Source: Paraspadella gotoi (lineage: Eukaryota; Animalia; Chaetognatha). From it: a DNA stretch of 64,000 nucleotides. The notes beneath the pieces are model-generated. The model was not told the origin of the DNA, did not search any database, and saw nothing but the letters and a program-made list of their open reading frames with translations. Positions 37,301 through 51,247 of the stretch are shown one piece after another. Made by a program: the position numbers and the translations under genes. The stretch is from positions 6,035,531 to 6,099,530 of the forward strand of contig CM119269.1 in NCBI GenBank assembly GCA_051294375.1, given 5' to 3'. Every line of letters begins with the position of its first letter. Within the stretch, counting starts at the first letter, position 1.

Positions 37301-40172
37301 AATTTTGTTTTTTGTGTGCGTCCTCATCGCGGAAGCAATAATCATGGCATAAAAAACGAAAAGGGCTAGGACTTGACTTGACGTTGAAAAAGGGTGGCCC
37401 ATTTTCGGTCGGTCGGGGTCCGGGGTCGCTCCGTTTTGCGTTCCGTCCGTCGTCGTTCCGGCTCGCACGACAAATCTAAATTCAGAAATTAGTATTGTAA
37501 ATCCAGTCGATTGTTCTTCCGATTTTTTCGATATTTCATGAAACAATCCAATCTTGGGAAGTGATCACCCATTAAAGTTGATAAAGAAATAAAATTTTTT
37601 CCATCATAATCCCAGTCTTAAAAATTTTACTCGTGACGTCGGGGAGGAATTTTGATCATTCCGGTTGTTATAAGATAGTTTGATTACTTCTGGTCCATGT
37701 TATTCTTTTAAGATGTCTGCGGTAGTATTGGGCTTGGGATGCGGATTCGTTTAATATGGGGACTGGTAAAAGTGCGGACGAAGAGTGCCAATGTGTTATT
37801 GGGGCATGGCGCAGCTTATACTCGCGTCAGTATCGAACTTGTAAGTAAAATGGGAAATTTTTAGCAAACACAAGTGTAATAATAATAATGTCTCATTGAA
37901 TTATAGCTTCTTGACATGCTAAACTGATTGTGTAGGCTATGTACCGATTAGGCTAACATCTAGTAATTTTATTTCATAAAGATACATCAGATACGGTTAT
38001 AGAGTATAATGTAAGAAACAAAAGGAGGAAAATATAAGTGAGCAGAGAGGTACTGAACAGGAAACAAAGATTTAAACGCTCGTTACCCTGCCGGCAAGGG
38101 AAGGTCATAAAAGGCTCCTAAGAAATAAATCAGGCGGAACGGAAATAAGAGATTCAGCTTGTGCTTATGTTAATTAGGGTATCTCGCCGAAGGACGGAAT
38201 TGCCAACGGCCCATATCCAATCGTCTAATATTGCTGACGTAAGGATTTAAGTTGACCAACGCCCTCATTCGAAGGTCAATTTGACGAGTCTTTCGCAATC
38301 GTACGAAAATTGAGGAAGGAAGATTGCACCTAAATAATTTCGGATCCGACCGCAGTTGCGACACACAACACACACACACACAACAACGCATTTGGCCTAC
38401 GAAGCACCTAGAGGCTGAAAATAACTTGGCTGGAAAAAGCAAAACGTCGACACCAAGCCGAACTAGCTATTTCGCCGGTCGAATAAGATTAGAGATCCAT
38501 GTCATTGTCACGGCAGATTTAATATGAGACCTTGATCATCATATTGAGCTCTAGGCTTATATATTGCGTTGCAATTTGGAAAGAAAGAAGACTATAATAG
38601 CGAAAATATTATTTATGCTCACGTACTTTGTCAACTTTATTTCGTGTGCGATTATGCGGTGGCAAATAAAATTTGGTGTCATAAGACGAATGTATGAAAT
38701 TGGGTGCGCACTTGTGTCGGCGACAAACTATATTGAATATCAGATGATATGATGAGATGACTAAGTGATTTCTGAACTTCGTTTCCCGCGGCCGTGACAA
38801 TTATTTAAGCGAACTTTGGAAAACGGACCACTCTCGGATTTTGGGATTTACTAAATACGATGTAGGAGTTGCGCGTGGCTCCGATTAATCTCTTGCGGAC
38901 CCACCTCCGCTATCGTGTTTACTCAATGCCTTCCAGTGCTGCTATACTCTTTATTTCCCCTCCCGTCTAGGATACTGATGTTCTTTTGTATATGTTTCGG
39001 GGTCCTATAAATCTCCTCAATTTCTAGTCCATTGAAATTTCTTTTATCGCTTTTTATTTCGTCACTTTCCCCACGTCTCCGTCCCATTCTCTTTCGGGTC
39101 CATAATTGTCTCCGCACAGCACTGTTCCGTAGGACAATTCCTTGTTTTGTCTAGTTTCTAGGACACAGAATAAGAGAATCCTCCTCGTCGGTCTCCATAC
39201 ATTAGAAATAGGTTTTTTGCCTATCCGTTATTATCTTCTTCCATTATTACTATTGTCCTTCCCTCATTGTCTCTTTCTCCTTCTCTCCCCGTGTCCTCCC
39301 TCGTACTCCTTCCGGTATCCATGTCCCTCTTCTCTTCTTTTCTGTTGATCATTCCCCCCTCCTCCCCCTCCCTCCCTGTGCGCTTCTTCCTCCCTTGTCT
39401 GCCGCTGCCTCCTTCCCTTCCTTTCTTCTCGCGTTCTGACTTTTGGCTTGCATGCGGTGTCGAGCTCCTACATTGACGGCTTTCTTCGCCGTGGCCTTTG
39501 GTCTGGACGCGTCGCCTCGCTCAAAGATCGAGGATTCTCTGGCGCTCCGATAATTCCTGGATTCATGGCTTAAGTCATCGTAAGGCCACTGGCTAAAACG
39601 GTCCCCTCCCTCTTCCTCCTCCCTTCCGTCGCTTGCTACTGGGTGGCCCTCCCTCTTTGTCCTATCAAATCCCTACTAGTCTCTAACTTCTCTCCCTTCC
39701 TCTTCATTCCTTTTCCCCTTCGTTACTTTTTGTTGTTTTTCTCTCTACTTCCTCGTTCTTCTCTCCCATGGTCGCGCCCTGAACTGAGGTCACATATTCA
39801 TTATCCCACAAATTCAGGAGTATTAAATGCTGGCTCAGGAGAGAGAGAGAGAGAGACAGAGAGGAGGAATGAGGAGACGAGCAGTAGCAGGAGAGACAGG
39901 ACGAGACGAGGAGAGCATGTCCACTTAGGCAGAGCTTCTAGTAGATGCTAAGAGAGATAGAGCAGAGTCCTACTCACTCGCTAAATGAATACCCTCTCTT
40001 CATTTTGGAGAGCTTCTAGACAATTCATCACACGCAAAGAGGAAGAATATTTTTTCAAGGGAAAGGATTTGAGTTTTCGTAAAAGTGAAAGGTTGTGAAC
40101 GAAACGCTCTCTGTGCCTCACCGTGAGCGGCGTGAAGTGAAAGAGAGAGATTGCAAGAAGCGCCACCGCCAG

Positions 40173-40261
40173 CGAAATAGGGCTGCTCACGAAATAGGGC
40201 TGCTCACGAAATAAGGCTGCTCACGAAATAGGGCTGCTCACGAAACAGGGCTGCTCGCGAA
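40173..40261 (+). repeat. 17-mer minisatellite (CGAAATAGGGCTGCTCA)n, ~5 units; degenerate counterpart at ~29440-29560
   Basis: Direct reading. Confidence 0.9.
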
Positions 40262-40469
40262 TACACGTGAATCACATACAAAAATAGATGAGCAAAGGAA
40301 TAAGAAAGAAGGATTTTCGCCGACATTTCCTCTAATTGAGGGTCATAATGTGGAGGAAAGGAAAGAGACACGTCGACGAAAAAGTATTGGAACGGGGAGG
40401 CAATGTGGCTTTGCGAAGCGCCGTTGCAATTTCTGGGAGTCAAGGTCGAATTCGAGGACTCGTTGCGGA

Positions 40470-41005
40470 AATGATGATGACGATGATGATGAATGATTTG
40501 ATGCAAATCAAACGCATGATTGTGTAATGAATGATTGATGATGATGATGATGATGATGATGATTGATGATGAAATCAACTGATGATGATGATTGATGATA
40601 ATGATAATGATGATTGATGATGATGATTAATGATGATGATGATGATGATGATGAAATCAACGATGATATGATTGATGATTATGGTGATTGATGATGATTG
40701 ATTGAAATCAACGACGATGATTGATGATGATAATGATGATGATGAGTGATGCATGATGATGATGATGATGAAATCAACGATGATGATAATGATGATGATT
40801 ATGATGATTATGATGATGATGATGATGAAAATTCAACGTTTTTGATGATGAAAATGAGATAATGATAATTGATGGATGATGATCTGATGATGAATGAAAT
40901 CAACGATGATGATGATGATGATGCATGATGATGATGATTATGATATGATGATGATGATTGATGATGATGATGATGATGTGATGATGATGATCAGACGATG
41001 ACGAT
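40470..41005. repeat. Imperfect (ATG)n/(GAT)n microsatellite with periodic gaaatcaac interruptions; counterpart at ~29800-30560
   Basis: Direct reading. Confidence 0.9.
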
Positions 41006-41827
41006 GACCCGAGGGCGGAGAAGCTTTGTGAATGAATTTGACATTTCGTCCTTAAATTTTTCTTTCTTTTTTTTCTTCTCTTTTTTTCCCGCCTCTCTTT
41101 TTCCCTCTCTCTCAAGGAGGAATGAGGAGCTGACTCCTAAAAAAAAAAATCTGCCCTTCACAGTTTTTTTTTTCTTTTCTTATTTTCGTATCATTTTTTA
41201 TTCTTTCTTTTTTTTCCTCATTTATACTTATTATATTATATTTCCGTCGGCGTCTATTCTTCCTTTCCTTTTTGAGTAATCCATTTTCGATTGAAACTCA
41301 ACGTGACTGATGAGCGAGCGAGGCTTTGAAAATTGGGCGTCGTCGTAGCCTCCATCATCGGGTGGGGGTTGCGTCGGGCGTCGGGCATCTAATGGTCAGC
41401 AGAGACGGCGTCGGGCTGGCGATGATTGATGCCGAGCGATGCAATTTCGATCCGATGATTATGATCGGATAATTGTAAATAGGTTGTACCAATTTCTTAT
41501 ACATGATGATCTTTTAAAAGGGCCCAAAAACCATATTCCTGCCCCCCCAAAACAATTGGTTCACTCCTCGCCACTGCACTGTTCGGATACGATATCATTT
41601 TTCCATTTCCGACTTCGAATAAAAAAAACTCCGCGCGCGATTTTCTCGCCAGCGTTTGTTCGCTCTGTGTTTGTTTTGTGTTTGTTTTGTGTTTGTTTTG
41701 TGTTTGTTTTGTGTTCTGAGTTTGGAGATGTTTTCCTGTTTTTCTGTTTCGCCAGAAGTTTTGTTATGATGCGAAATCGAATTCTGATCCCGACTTCCTG
41801 GACGTGAGTCCCTCGTCGTGTCGTGAT

Positions 41828-41946
<119 letters not shown>

Positions 41947-42140
41947 GTGCAGGCGAGCAGAAAGATTCATTTTTGGCTATGTATAATTTTTAGACATAGT
42001 ATTAACTATGAACAAGATACAAATTAGAATTTTACAATTTAAGAGATATTCTTATATGATTACAAAGCCTTGGTATAAATTATAAAGATTTATATAAAGA
42101 TTCTTTTTCGCCACTCCTAACGAACGAACCCAATCCTCTC

Positions 42141-42238
<98 letters not shown>

Positions 42239-43961
42239 TCTCTCTCTCTCCATCATCGATGTCACGGTCTATCACAGCAAACAAACTTCCTTGTCACTTC
42301 ATTAAATCCTTTCGATGTTCACAATTTTGAAAAGTCTTCCGTCATCGTCGATGTTACCCAATTTTTTTCTTCCCTTTTTTTTGAGAAAAAAATAATAATT
42401 TTTTTTTAAAAAAGATAAAACTTTGCCTCGATTGTGGGAGGTTCGTCATCAGATGATCTTTAAAGTAACTTCAGTCATTTAATTTTAGAACAATAAAAAA
42501 TACATTTTCTCTCTACAAAAACGACATTTTAGGGAGATTTGTAAAAGTATTCGAATTCTTTTTAATAGAAGACATCTTGGAGGGATGAGAGAGAGGTATT
42601 CAGATACGGCATATTCAGATTATTACAATTTTAGGTTGACTGATTCCTGGCCTTAGGATGGTTAAAATTTTATTGTCCTTTACTTTTGGTTTCTCTTTCT
42701 TTTTTGTACAATAAAATCTTTCAACCTTTTAAAGTCGAGATTTTAAAAAAAGTCAACTTACTTGGTTGAGATTTAAAGCGACATTCATCAAACTTTGGAT
42801 TTTTTTTTCTCTCTTCGATCTTTATGTGCGACCATTAGTTTCTGAGAACAAATGAGCAACGGTCCGTTTGACTTCGCACTTAGATTATTTTCCGTCTGAA
42901 AAGTCGAAAAAATTTATTAAGATCAATTTTCATTGTTTCGCCAATTAGTCAAATTTAAAGCAAACGAAATTCGTTTCGTTTTGGGTTGAATAATCTACGG
43001 TATAGAATATTTAATTGATATAATCCTTTTGGATGAGCGTGCAAGGTGCAACTGTTCTCAGAGACGGCGTAATTTCTTGTCGGCGTCTACATATGTTGTT
43101 GTTTAACTATGTATGTAGATATGTACAATTTTTTTTTCTATGTAGTCGTCGTCGTTGACATATCAATAGAATTCTTTCTTTTAAGTCCCCCTATCGGATG
43201 AATCTTAAATGTAAACGAAGAGTATCAAGTAATAAAACTGTTCAAAGACGAAAGCCCACTCGTCTCGATTCAGGGTGAATCAAGAGAAGCTTCTGTTTAT
43301 TGTCATTTGTTTTGTTCTTTTTTTTTTAAATTCTCGACCGACAGAAAAAAAGAAGAAGAAAAAAAAGAAAGGATAAAAAGGTAAATAAGGATAATGAAAA
43401 AGAGGCGGGGTAAGGTTTTAGCGGAAGGATGGTAAGGTGAGTCGCGAATGAAGAAGAAACCAATAGAGAAAAGGTAAGGAATAAGGACTAAGGACAAAGG
43501 AGAGTAAGGTAGGGTAAGGTAAGGTCTTGAGATAAGAGTTATAAAAATATAAATTAGGCAAAGTAGTAAAATTAGGGTTTGTATAGAATTGGCAGCAGTA
43601 GGAGGATGGGAAAATAACATATATGAAGTCGTTTTAACTTAAAACACGTAAGATATAATAATATTAATATCTACATTTTATCTTAAAAAAAGTACGAAAA
43701 AGTAAGATCGTTGAAATATTTTAACTAATTAGCTAATTGTACGGAGGCGAAGTGATAGATATCGGGGCTAAAGGCTAAAGGATCAGCAGGGAATTTTCAC
43801 CTCCACAATTTTTTTTTCAAAGTCGACCCCAACTTTGGTTTCGGTCCAAAGTTTCGCTTCGTCATAAATTAGAAAAGAAAAAAAAACGAACCACAATTTT
43901 CGCATAAATTTTCGAGGTTTGACGCGCGAGGTTTGGGTTTAAGTGAAAAGGGAGAGAGTTG

Positions 43962-44019
<58 letters not shown>

Positions 44020-44022
44020 AAA

Positions 44023-44058
<36 letters not shown>

Positions 44059-44299
44059 ATCTATCGGATAACTGAGTTGTTAAAGGTGCGACGAGTTAAT
44101 TTGAGGTTGAAAATATTAACTAAATAATTAATTATATTTATTATTATATTTAATATACATTTATACTTATATAAATTATTTTATTTATAATATTTTAAAA
44201 ATTTGCATGATTATTGGATATGGTGATAATTTAGTTACTAATGTTATCAAAAATATGTTTAGCCGATGAAAACCAAACAAAAAGGATTCAAACAAAAAT

Positions 44300-44414
44300 G
44301 TGAACGGTGAACGGTGAACGGTGAATGGTGAATGGTGAACGGTGAACGGTGAACGGTGAACGGTGAACGGTGAACGGTGAATGGTGAACGGTGAACGGTG
44401 AACGGTGAACGGTG
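44300..44414 (+). repeat. 7-mer minisatellite (GTGAACG)n, ~16 units
   Basis: Direct reading. Confidence 0.95.
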
Positions 44415-45179
44415 GACGATAAACCGAATCGAAAACCGGTCGATATTCACGAAGATCCCATTCATAATTTTTCCCGCCAAAATCTTCCGATCACCATTTA
44501 TACTCACGTCAATTTTCTAGTTCGTGACTTTCAAACTTTGACGTTTTTATCGTTTGTCTTAGTTAGAATCGCTTCCATTGTTACTTTTTAATCCATCCTA
44601 ATTACTTTTAACTATTCATTTGTAAATCTTTTCTACTAATGTTTCATTTATTGACTTTGTCATTTGAATTCTAAATTAAGATCAAATAGAACTGACATCG
44701 ATCTGCTCTAATCTCGTTGCTAAGAATTTCCGAGAAAAGACTTTTCCTGTTTTCCCTAAAGAAAAAATAAATAGGGATGATCTCGACAACGAGGGTGAGT
44801 ATAGGAACGACAACGACGATAACAATGACAACCAATCAACCAACCAATCAACCAAACAACCAACCAACCAAAGAAACTTTCCCTCGTCGTATTTCCTTTC
44901 TAATCACTTATTTATTCATACGATTCTTCTGTTCGGAGACAAAAAAAAAACCCCACAGAGAACTCGAATTTCAGTCATCAGACGGAGCCAGATGGCACCA
45001 GATGGCATCGGATGGCACCAGATGGCGCGCCAAAGACGTCGTTTCTCTCGTCACTTCCGGTCCGTTAGACGCCGCGAAAGCCACGCCCCTTGAGCCGCGG
45101 TTAAGCCAACAACTCTTGCGCGCCCGCCAGCGCCCGACGCGGAAATTTCACGTTTAAGTCTGCAGCGATAATCGCGCTT

Positions 45180-45420
45180 TAACGGCGGGCGACGGGCGCC
45201 CGGCGACGGGCGGCAGCGACGGGCGGCGCGGACGCGCTGCGGGCGACGCGGCGGCGCGACGGGCGCGGCACGGCAGGCGCGAACGGTGCGGGGCGACCGG
45301 GGCGGCGCGAACGGGCGCGACGGCCGGGCGACGGGCGGTGCGACTGGCGGCGACGGGGGGCGACAGGCGGGGCGAAGAGCAGGCGCGAAGAGGGGACGAA
45401 GAGCGCGCGAAGAGCGGGCT
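45180..45420 (+). repeat. Degenerate GC-rich short-unit repeat (GGCGCGAC-like)
   Basis: Recurrent ggcgacgg/ggcgcga motifs with very high GC against the AT-rich background. Confidence 0.7.
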
Positions 45421-48400
45421 AAGGGCAGGCAACATTAACACCTGATGCCTCTTATTCGCTTATGTCTTTTAAGCCATTGACGTCATGGGTGTTACACTGA
45501 CTTCGTCAATAAACTCATCGTTGCTTAATGCCAGGATCATCGTTCCTTTTCGGTTCGCTATTCACTTTCACTTGTTCTTCGAGTTTCACTGTGAAACTTC
45601 GATAGTGTTACTAATCGTTGTCCCCGAAAGCCAATGAAAAGAAAATACAGTAGTTTGGAAATGATAAGTTCTCCAGTTTAAGATTCCTCATAAAAAGTTA
45701 ATGCAGGAAATCATAAATCTCTTTCAAAAATTATGTCATTAAATAGGTTAAAATTACAAAATTCTTAATAAAAGATTTTTTTTAAAAGAATTATACTTTC
45801 TTTTATCAACTTTCTTTTTTAAACAAATCTAAAATAATGTATTTTTAAATTTTAGCCTATTATATTCTTATTACTATACATAAATATAGCTCACTGGTGC
45901 CCACGAATGTATAAAATTTAAAAAAAAAATTTTTCTATCGGTTTTTATTTTATGTCCTATATGCTAAATAAAAATCGTTGTAAAAATTCAAACTTTGCCA
46001 AGTTCTAATACAATCTACAAAAACACGAAAAAGAGAAAGGTGTGAATTCTACACAGTATTTCTGATATAGAGCACACATGAACGGAAATAACGTGGCGGT
46101 TTACAGGGTACCAGGTGCTCGATGTTTGTCCCTTTAAAATTGTTTCTGAAGCCAACATTAATTGCATTATTACTTTGGTAATATGTGCGATAATACACTA
46201 CTGGACATTACTGTGTCGACGCATAACCGACTTGACCATCAACAAAACTAACTAGAATCAAAAAATAGTAAAATAAGATGTAGCAATATAGCTCGAAACG
46301 CTTACAAAATTTTAAACATTGCTTTTATTAAATGCAAAAAAAATATTAATAAGTTATTAAAACAAAATTTTATAAAACGATAACTTAGACAGTTAAGCCG
46401 CGAAACCAAGATGAATATTTTTTACACCAGCATCAATTTCTTCAATTTATATGATCATATGTTGTAATTAGGTCAAATTAATCTAAATAGAAGAATATGA
46501 CAAAGTTCATTTTCAATTTTTTTTAATGAACTGGGAGTTTTTACTGCTTAACTACCCCTTGTGTTTAATATCTAATAATTTTTGAGGTATTTCCGAAGAA
46601 CCATTATATTAATTACAACTGATATTTTTCGCGCTTTTTTTCAATGTATTTCAAAGCAAGAAACAACATCATAAACAACATTTCAAATAATAAAAAAAAT
46701 TGATTGAATGATTTTTGGAAAAAAATATTTTGAAACTTGAGAATAATGGATTTCGAGTACTAGGAAAAAAATTTTGCCATTCTAAAAATCAGGCCTCTAG
46801 CCGTTTCGATTTTTCTAGAGGCTTCGATTTTTTTATTTTTTTGAATATTTTTGATTTTTCCTTTGCAAAACCATTATTTCTCAATGAGCAGTTAGGTCGA
46901 GGAAATTTTTTTTCAACAAATTAAAAAAAATTCAAGCTTGTTGTTAAATTAGGCTTTTTTTTGGGGAAATACAATATAATCAATTAATTATATGAATGCG
47001 TATAATCTGAAAGTGAAGTATGTCTCTAAAATGACAAAAAGAATTACAATATTTCTTCAAGTTTTATGGTAAAATTTAAGTATGTTGTATCAATTAGAAA
47101 TAAGTTGAGATACGTCCCGCCTTTGGGCCAAAATTTTTAGTTTAACAAAGATTTTCGTACTGGCGGTAGTTTGAAAAAAGTTGAATTTAATTAAATAACT
47201 TTTCAAAAGAAAGAGCGAGCAAGATGGGTGTAGTAAATCAAATTAAAGCCCTAATCATGGACACTCACCTTTCCTAAAAAAAGTTTTTTATTAAATTAAT
47301 CCAGTAAATCTTTACAACAGGCTTTTGTTTTAAATCAGAGATAAAAAGTAGTAACAGTTTTTTTGCTTAAATTTTGAATGAAGGCATAATGAAATTTTTA
47401 TTTTTCTTTTGTAAATCTTGAAAAAGGAAAGACTGAATTACATTTAGTATTATAAATTTTTTGATTCATAAAACTGGCTTATATTTTAAGTAAAAGTAAA
47501 GAAACAATCAAAAAGTTTTATATTGATAGCTTGATAAAAGTCTTTTATTAATATCAAAAAAATGATAAAATAAATGTTTTCAGCTTGATATACAACAGTC
47601 TGGGACATCTGACCTTCTTTGTCCTGTGAAAAAAAATCGGTATTTTTTTATATCTTTAACTGCAAACTAAAAGCTTGACACACTGCTTGTTTGATCATAA
47701 TAAAGTTTAAAAAAAATGTATATAGGCTGGCAAATATATTTGACAAAAGCAAGACATCTTGTGTTAAACATGTAATTTGATAAATTTTTTTTAAATATAG
47801 CAAGGAATTAATGTCTAATTATTTAATCAATACCATTTTAATTAAGAAAAATATTTCTGCGTAATAGCGCCATAGAAAGGGTTATCATTAACTAGACTTG
47901 AATGATGCGAATTTTTTAGATATCGATTTACTGCCCCCATTGTCACAAGATATAAAAGGTCGATGGTTATGAATGTCAGTCAAGCTTCCAGATTTATCTG
48001 TACCTTTATAAACCTGCATTCTGAATTTTCTGTTTTTTTCCCTTCAAAAATGTATAAATAAAAAAGAATTAATTATGAGAGAACAATCAGCGGTGGAGGT
48101 GCCATTGGTGAAGCCTTAGTCTAGCCAACCACTTCCCGATGCGAATTTTTAAATGAGGTTTTTTTTATTGCCATTTATTTGAGACATAACAAACGCTTTA
48201 AAACTTTTTATTTGGTTTAAACTATTATTATTTTTTATTTTTTTTGATTACAATTTCTAGGAATAATATGAATAAGATACACTTTTTAAAAAAGTTGTAT
48301 CATCTTTTCACCCTATAAACTTCGGTCATAATCGTAAAAAAACAAAAAAAGAGTTTTGCATTGAATTTGGATAATCGACATATGAAACTATAACGTTGGT

Positions 48401-48719
48401 CAAAAAAATAAAAAGAAACTATAAAATATTGAATCACGTGAAATTTTTTTTTTGCACGGGAACAGTAACGTTTACGTGCCATTTTTCATTGTGTCATAAT
48501 ATACAAATTTATAATATTGATAAAATTTTGAATATTTTTCCATGCAACTCTACTGACGATGGTAGCTAAAATTACTCAATAATCTACCAAGTAAAACTTA
48601 GTTTGATATATATTTTCTCACTATAAACTCCCTTTTACTCGAAATAACGATTTTTAACCACGGAAAAAAAAAATTTCTCTTCTAACTGAAATTTGAACCG
48701 GAGTTCAAATTTTGACGTC

Positions 48720-50122
48720 AAAACGGCCTCCCATGATTCATAAGCCACGAACGTGTACATCGCCCACGGCGTAACGGTCGATGATATTATTTGTGTTTGC
48801 CATTACATCTACATATGATGCATCGACTCAACCTTGACAACTCAAAGAATTACCGGCAGTTCGTAACCTTTTCTCGATATTTTCACTCGAGTCTGTAAGA
48901 AACATTTTCTTTCTGTCGTGAAGCAAAAATCTTCCACAAACAAAGAGGCCCGAAACGCCTGTCCCTCCGATGCCCCAATCCCTTCTCAACACAGTTGGCC
49001 ACTCCCACCCACATCACCCTTACCACCCCCGCCACCCTATATCCCCAGCCTCCCGCTCACCTTCGCCAGGATTTGTTATGATTAGCGTTGACGGTTGAGA
49101 CTTTTCGAGTTTTATTGCGAAAATCCTCAGTCGGACAGGAAGGGAGAGATTCGATGGGAATTTCAAACGCTGCTCTCTACTTGGTGATTGCAGAATGGTG
49201 GGGGTTAAGTAAGGGTTTTAGTATTATTAGTAATTAGTATTAATATTAGAAAAATATGTACCAAGGGGCACATTTTTATCAAGGGGATTAAAATATTTTT
49301 TTTTACTATTCATTATTATTCATTATTAATAACGATTTACCATTTATTGCTATTTATGACTACATAATACCTATGACTATCTAGCTATTAGCTATTATGT
49401 ATCTATTATCTATTTACCATCTACGACTATCTTGTATCTGTTATAAATATATCAGAATACCCGACTTCTTCGGCAAATCGCAGTTTTCACAGTACGTAGA
49501 TATAACAGCCCACCGCTGTACCACGGGGAGAATTTCTCTGGTCGCCCATTAATGTTAATGCGGTGAGGAAGCGAAAAAAGGGGGGGTGGGCGTATGGGCC
49601 TCTCCCATTGGTGACAGGGCAATCATTGCAACGGAAAGGGAGACATGGAGAGAAAAATGGGTAGATAATAAATAGAATAAAATCGCAGAAAAAAATGCAT
49701 TGGGTTGTATAAAAGGGTGGGAAGCTATTTGCCGACACGAAACTTTCCAGCCAAATGAGCGCAAGAACGACAAATAAATACGACTCGGCGCTAACGCGTC
49801 AGCAAATGAAGATGTTTTCGCCCAGCATGAAGCAATCGAGCAATGGAAGCCAGGTGAAGGAGGCGATATGGTTGCGGTAGATTAAATGCGCGGGCACAGG
49901 CGGTTCCGGCTCGAGCTGCAAGATCCCCAGCTTCTTTTTCTTGAAGCCTTGATACGCGACTAGGATATAACATAACGCTCAGCGAACGCAGCGGTCGCAA
50001 AAACTGGCAATCAGAGAGTCACAGACGTCGCGCCTTTGAGAATTTCGCAATAAGACAACAAGAAGAGAAAAGAATTGGGGTTCCCGTTTCGCTTCGAGTC
50101 TCGAGCGGAATACTTATTTCGA
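48720..50122 (+). CDS. Frameshift-noisy exons of a possible multi-pass membrane protein (GPCR-like TM5-loop-TM6 pattern); mirrored on the - strand at ~52362-54010
   Basis: A manual consensus of the two arms gives YIAHGVTVMILFVFAITSTYMMHRL (hydrophobic), a Pro/His/Ser-rich stretch, then RRSAFEILAKRQQKRTELSSLSLRVS.VILISECVLVTI. Donor AAG|GTAAGT at 52362/52361 (-). Indel correction is needed, so the call is tentative. Confidence 0.3.
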
Positions 50123-50412
50123 NNNNNNNNNNNNNNNNNNNNNNNNNNNNNNNNNNNNNNNNNNNNNNNNNNNNNNNTTTGAGTGGTTTATCAGTTATGG
50201 TTTATGTGTTGTCTAAGCTTATTTTTGTATATATTGTTATGAATGAAGTTATTCGTGCAACAAGCCTCTCAACAAGAAAATCTACAACGAGTCAGTATCT
50301 CAAAACTCTTCCACCCAAATACATAAAAAACATTATCTTCCACATTTTTATCGCATTTCTCGGAAAAGAGCACTTGGCCATTTTATCCTTCGCGGAACCG
50401 GAAGAGGCGTGG

Positions 50413-50464
<52 letters not shown>

Positions 50465-51133
50465 GAGAGAGAGAGAGAGCAAAGACGAGGACCCGAATTT
50501 ATTCCCCTTCTTTTCTTCTCTCTTCTCTCGCGATGATTCCGGGTTTATTTTCGGGATCACGAGTTTTTCCTTTTAAAAGAGGAAAGGACTGGAAGAGTTG
50601 GGGCGTGGCCCCTAGGGGGCAGTGAATAACGGCGTCTCCAACGCAGTTAAATTCCGAAAGTGACGTTAAACTTTGACCGGAAACGACTCGGCGTAATTCG
50701 CGACGGGCCGTCGCGCCTTGGCAACGAGGGTTCTTGGCTTAGACCGCCCTTGGCAACGATCGCCCTTAGCAACGTCGCTTCATGGAACCGACGCCCCTTG
50801 GCAACGTTACCACGGGCGTCTCGCTTCGGTGCGTCGCCCGCTTATTGAAGCGACAACACAGCCAAGTCTTCCACTTCGCTTTGCAATCACGACTCACATT
50901 ATCAGCTTTCTTTCATGACCAGTGAATGTCACTGCCTTCACGTCGGGGGAATCGTCGCCCGATCGTAGACGTTTAACGTGAGATTCTTNNNNNNNNNNNN
51001 NNNNNNNNNNNNNGTATAGTAAGTATTTTCCACTTCATTGATAGGGAAGCCAGGTACTCTGGGATGAATAAACGAGACTGTGAGAGAGTCTTGATTGAAA
51101 GCTTGCAGGGACTGCATGTCTCTATCTTGGTAA

Positions 51134-51247
51134 GAGTGATGGAGCCTTAAACCACCAAAGGCCTGTCAGCATAAGTCAGGGGCAAGATAGCGTTATTTAT
51201 TAAATGAATGGATAATTTTTTATATTGGTTGTTACGCAAATTTCATA
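51134..51247 (+). repeat. ~105-bp dispersed repeat, copy 3
   Basis: Matches 9609-9716 with indels. Confidence 0.8.

Larger units (their letters stand above)
26456..41318. repeat. Forward/reverse/forward noisy re-copies of one ~4.5-kb locus (A ~26456-30950 +; B ~31540-34060 -; C ~37330-41318 +); probable long-read artefact
   Basis: Markers recur in alternating orientation, e.g. aatccgacccagtgcgacacacac at ~27200, its reverse complement at ~33410, and a noisy forward copy at ~38345. Indel rate is high and N runs occur at 30952-31130. Confidence 0.85.

Noticed and set aside
41307-41335. CTGATGAG...GAAA hammerhead-like core
   Set aside because: No stem II, stem III or stem I pairing.
45430-48500. 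AT-rich microsatellite-free block resembling old non-autonomous DNA transposons
   Set aside because: No matching TIR pair, TSD or transposase remnant could be established.
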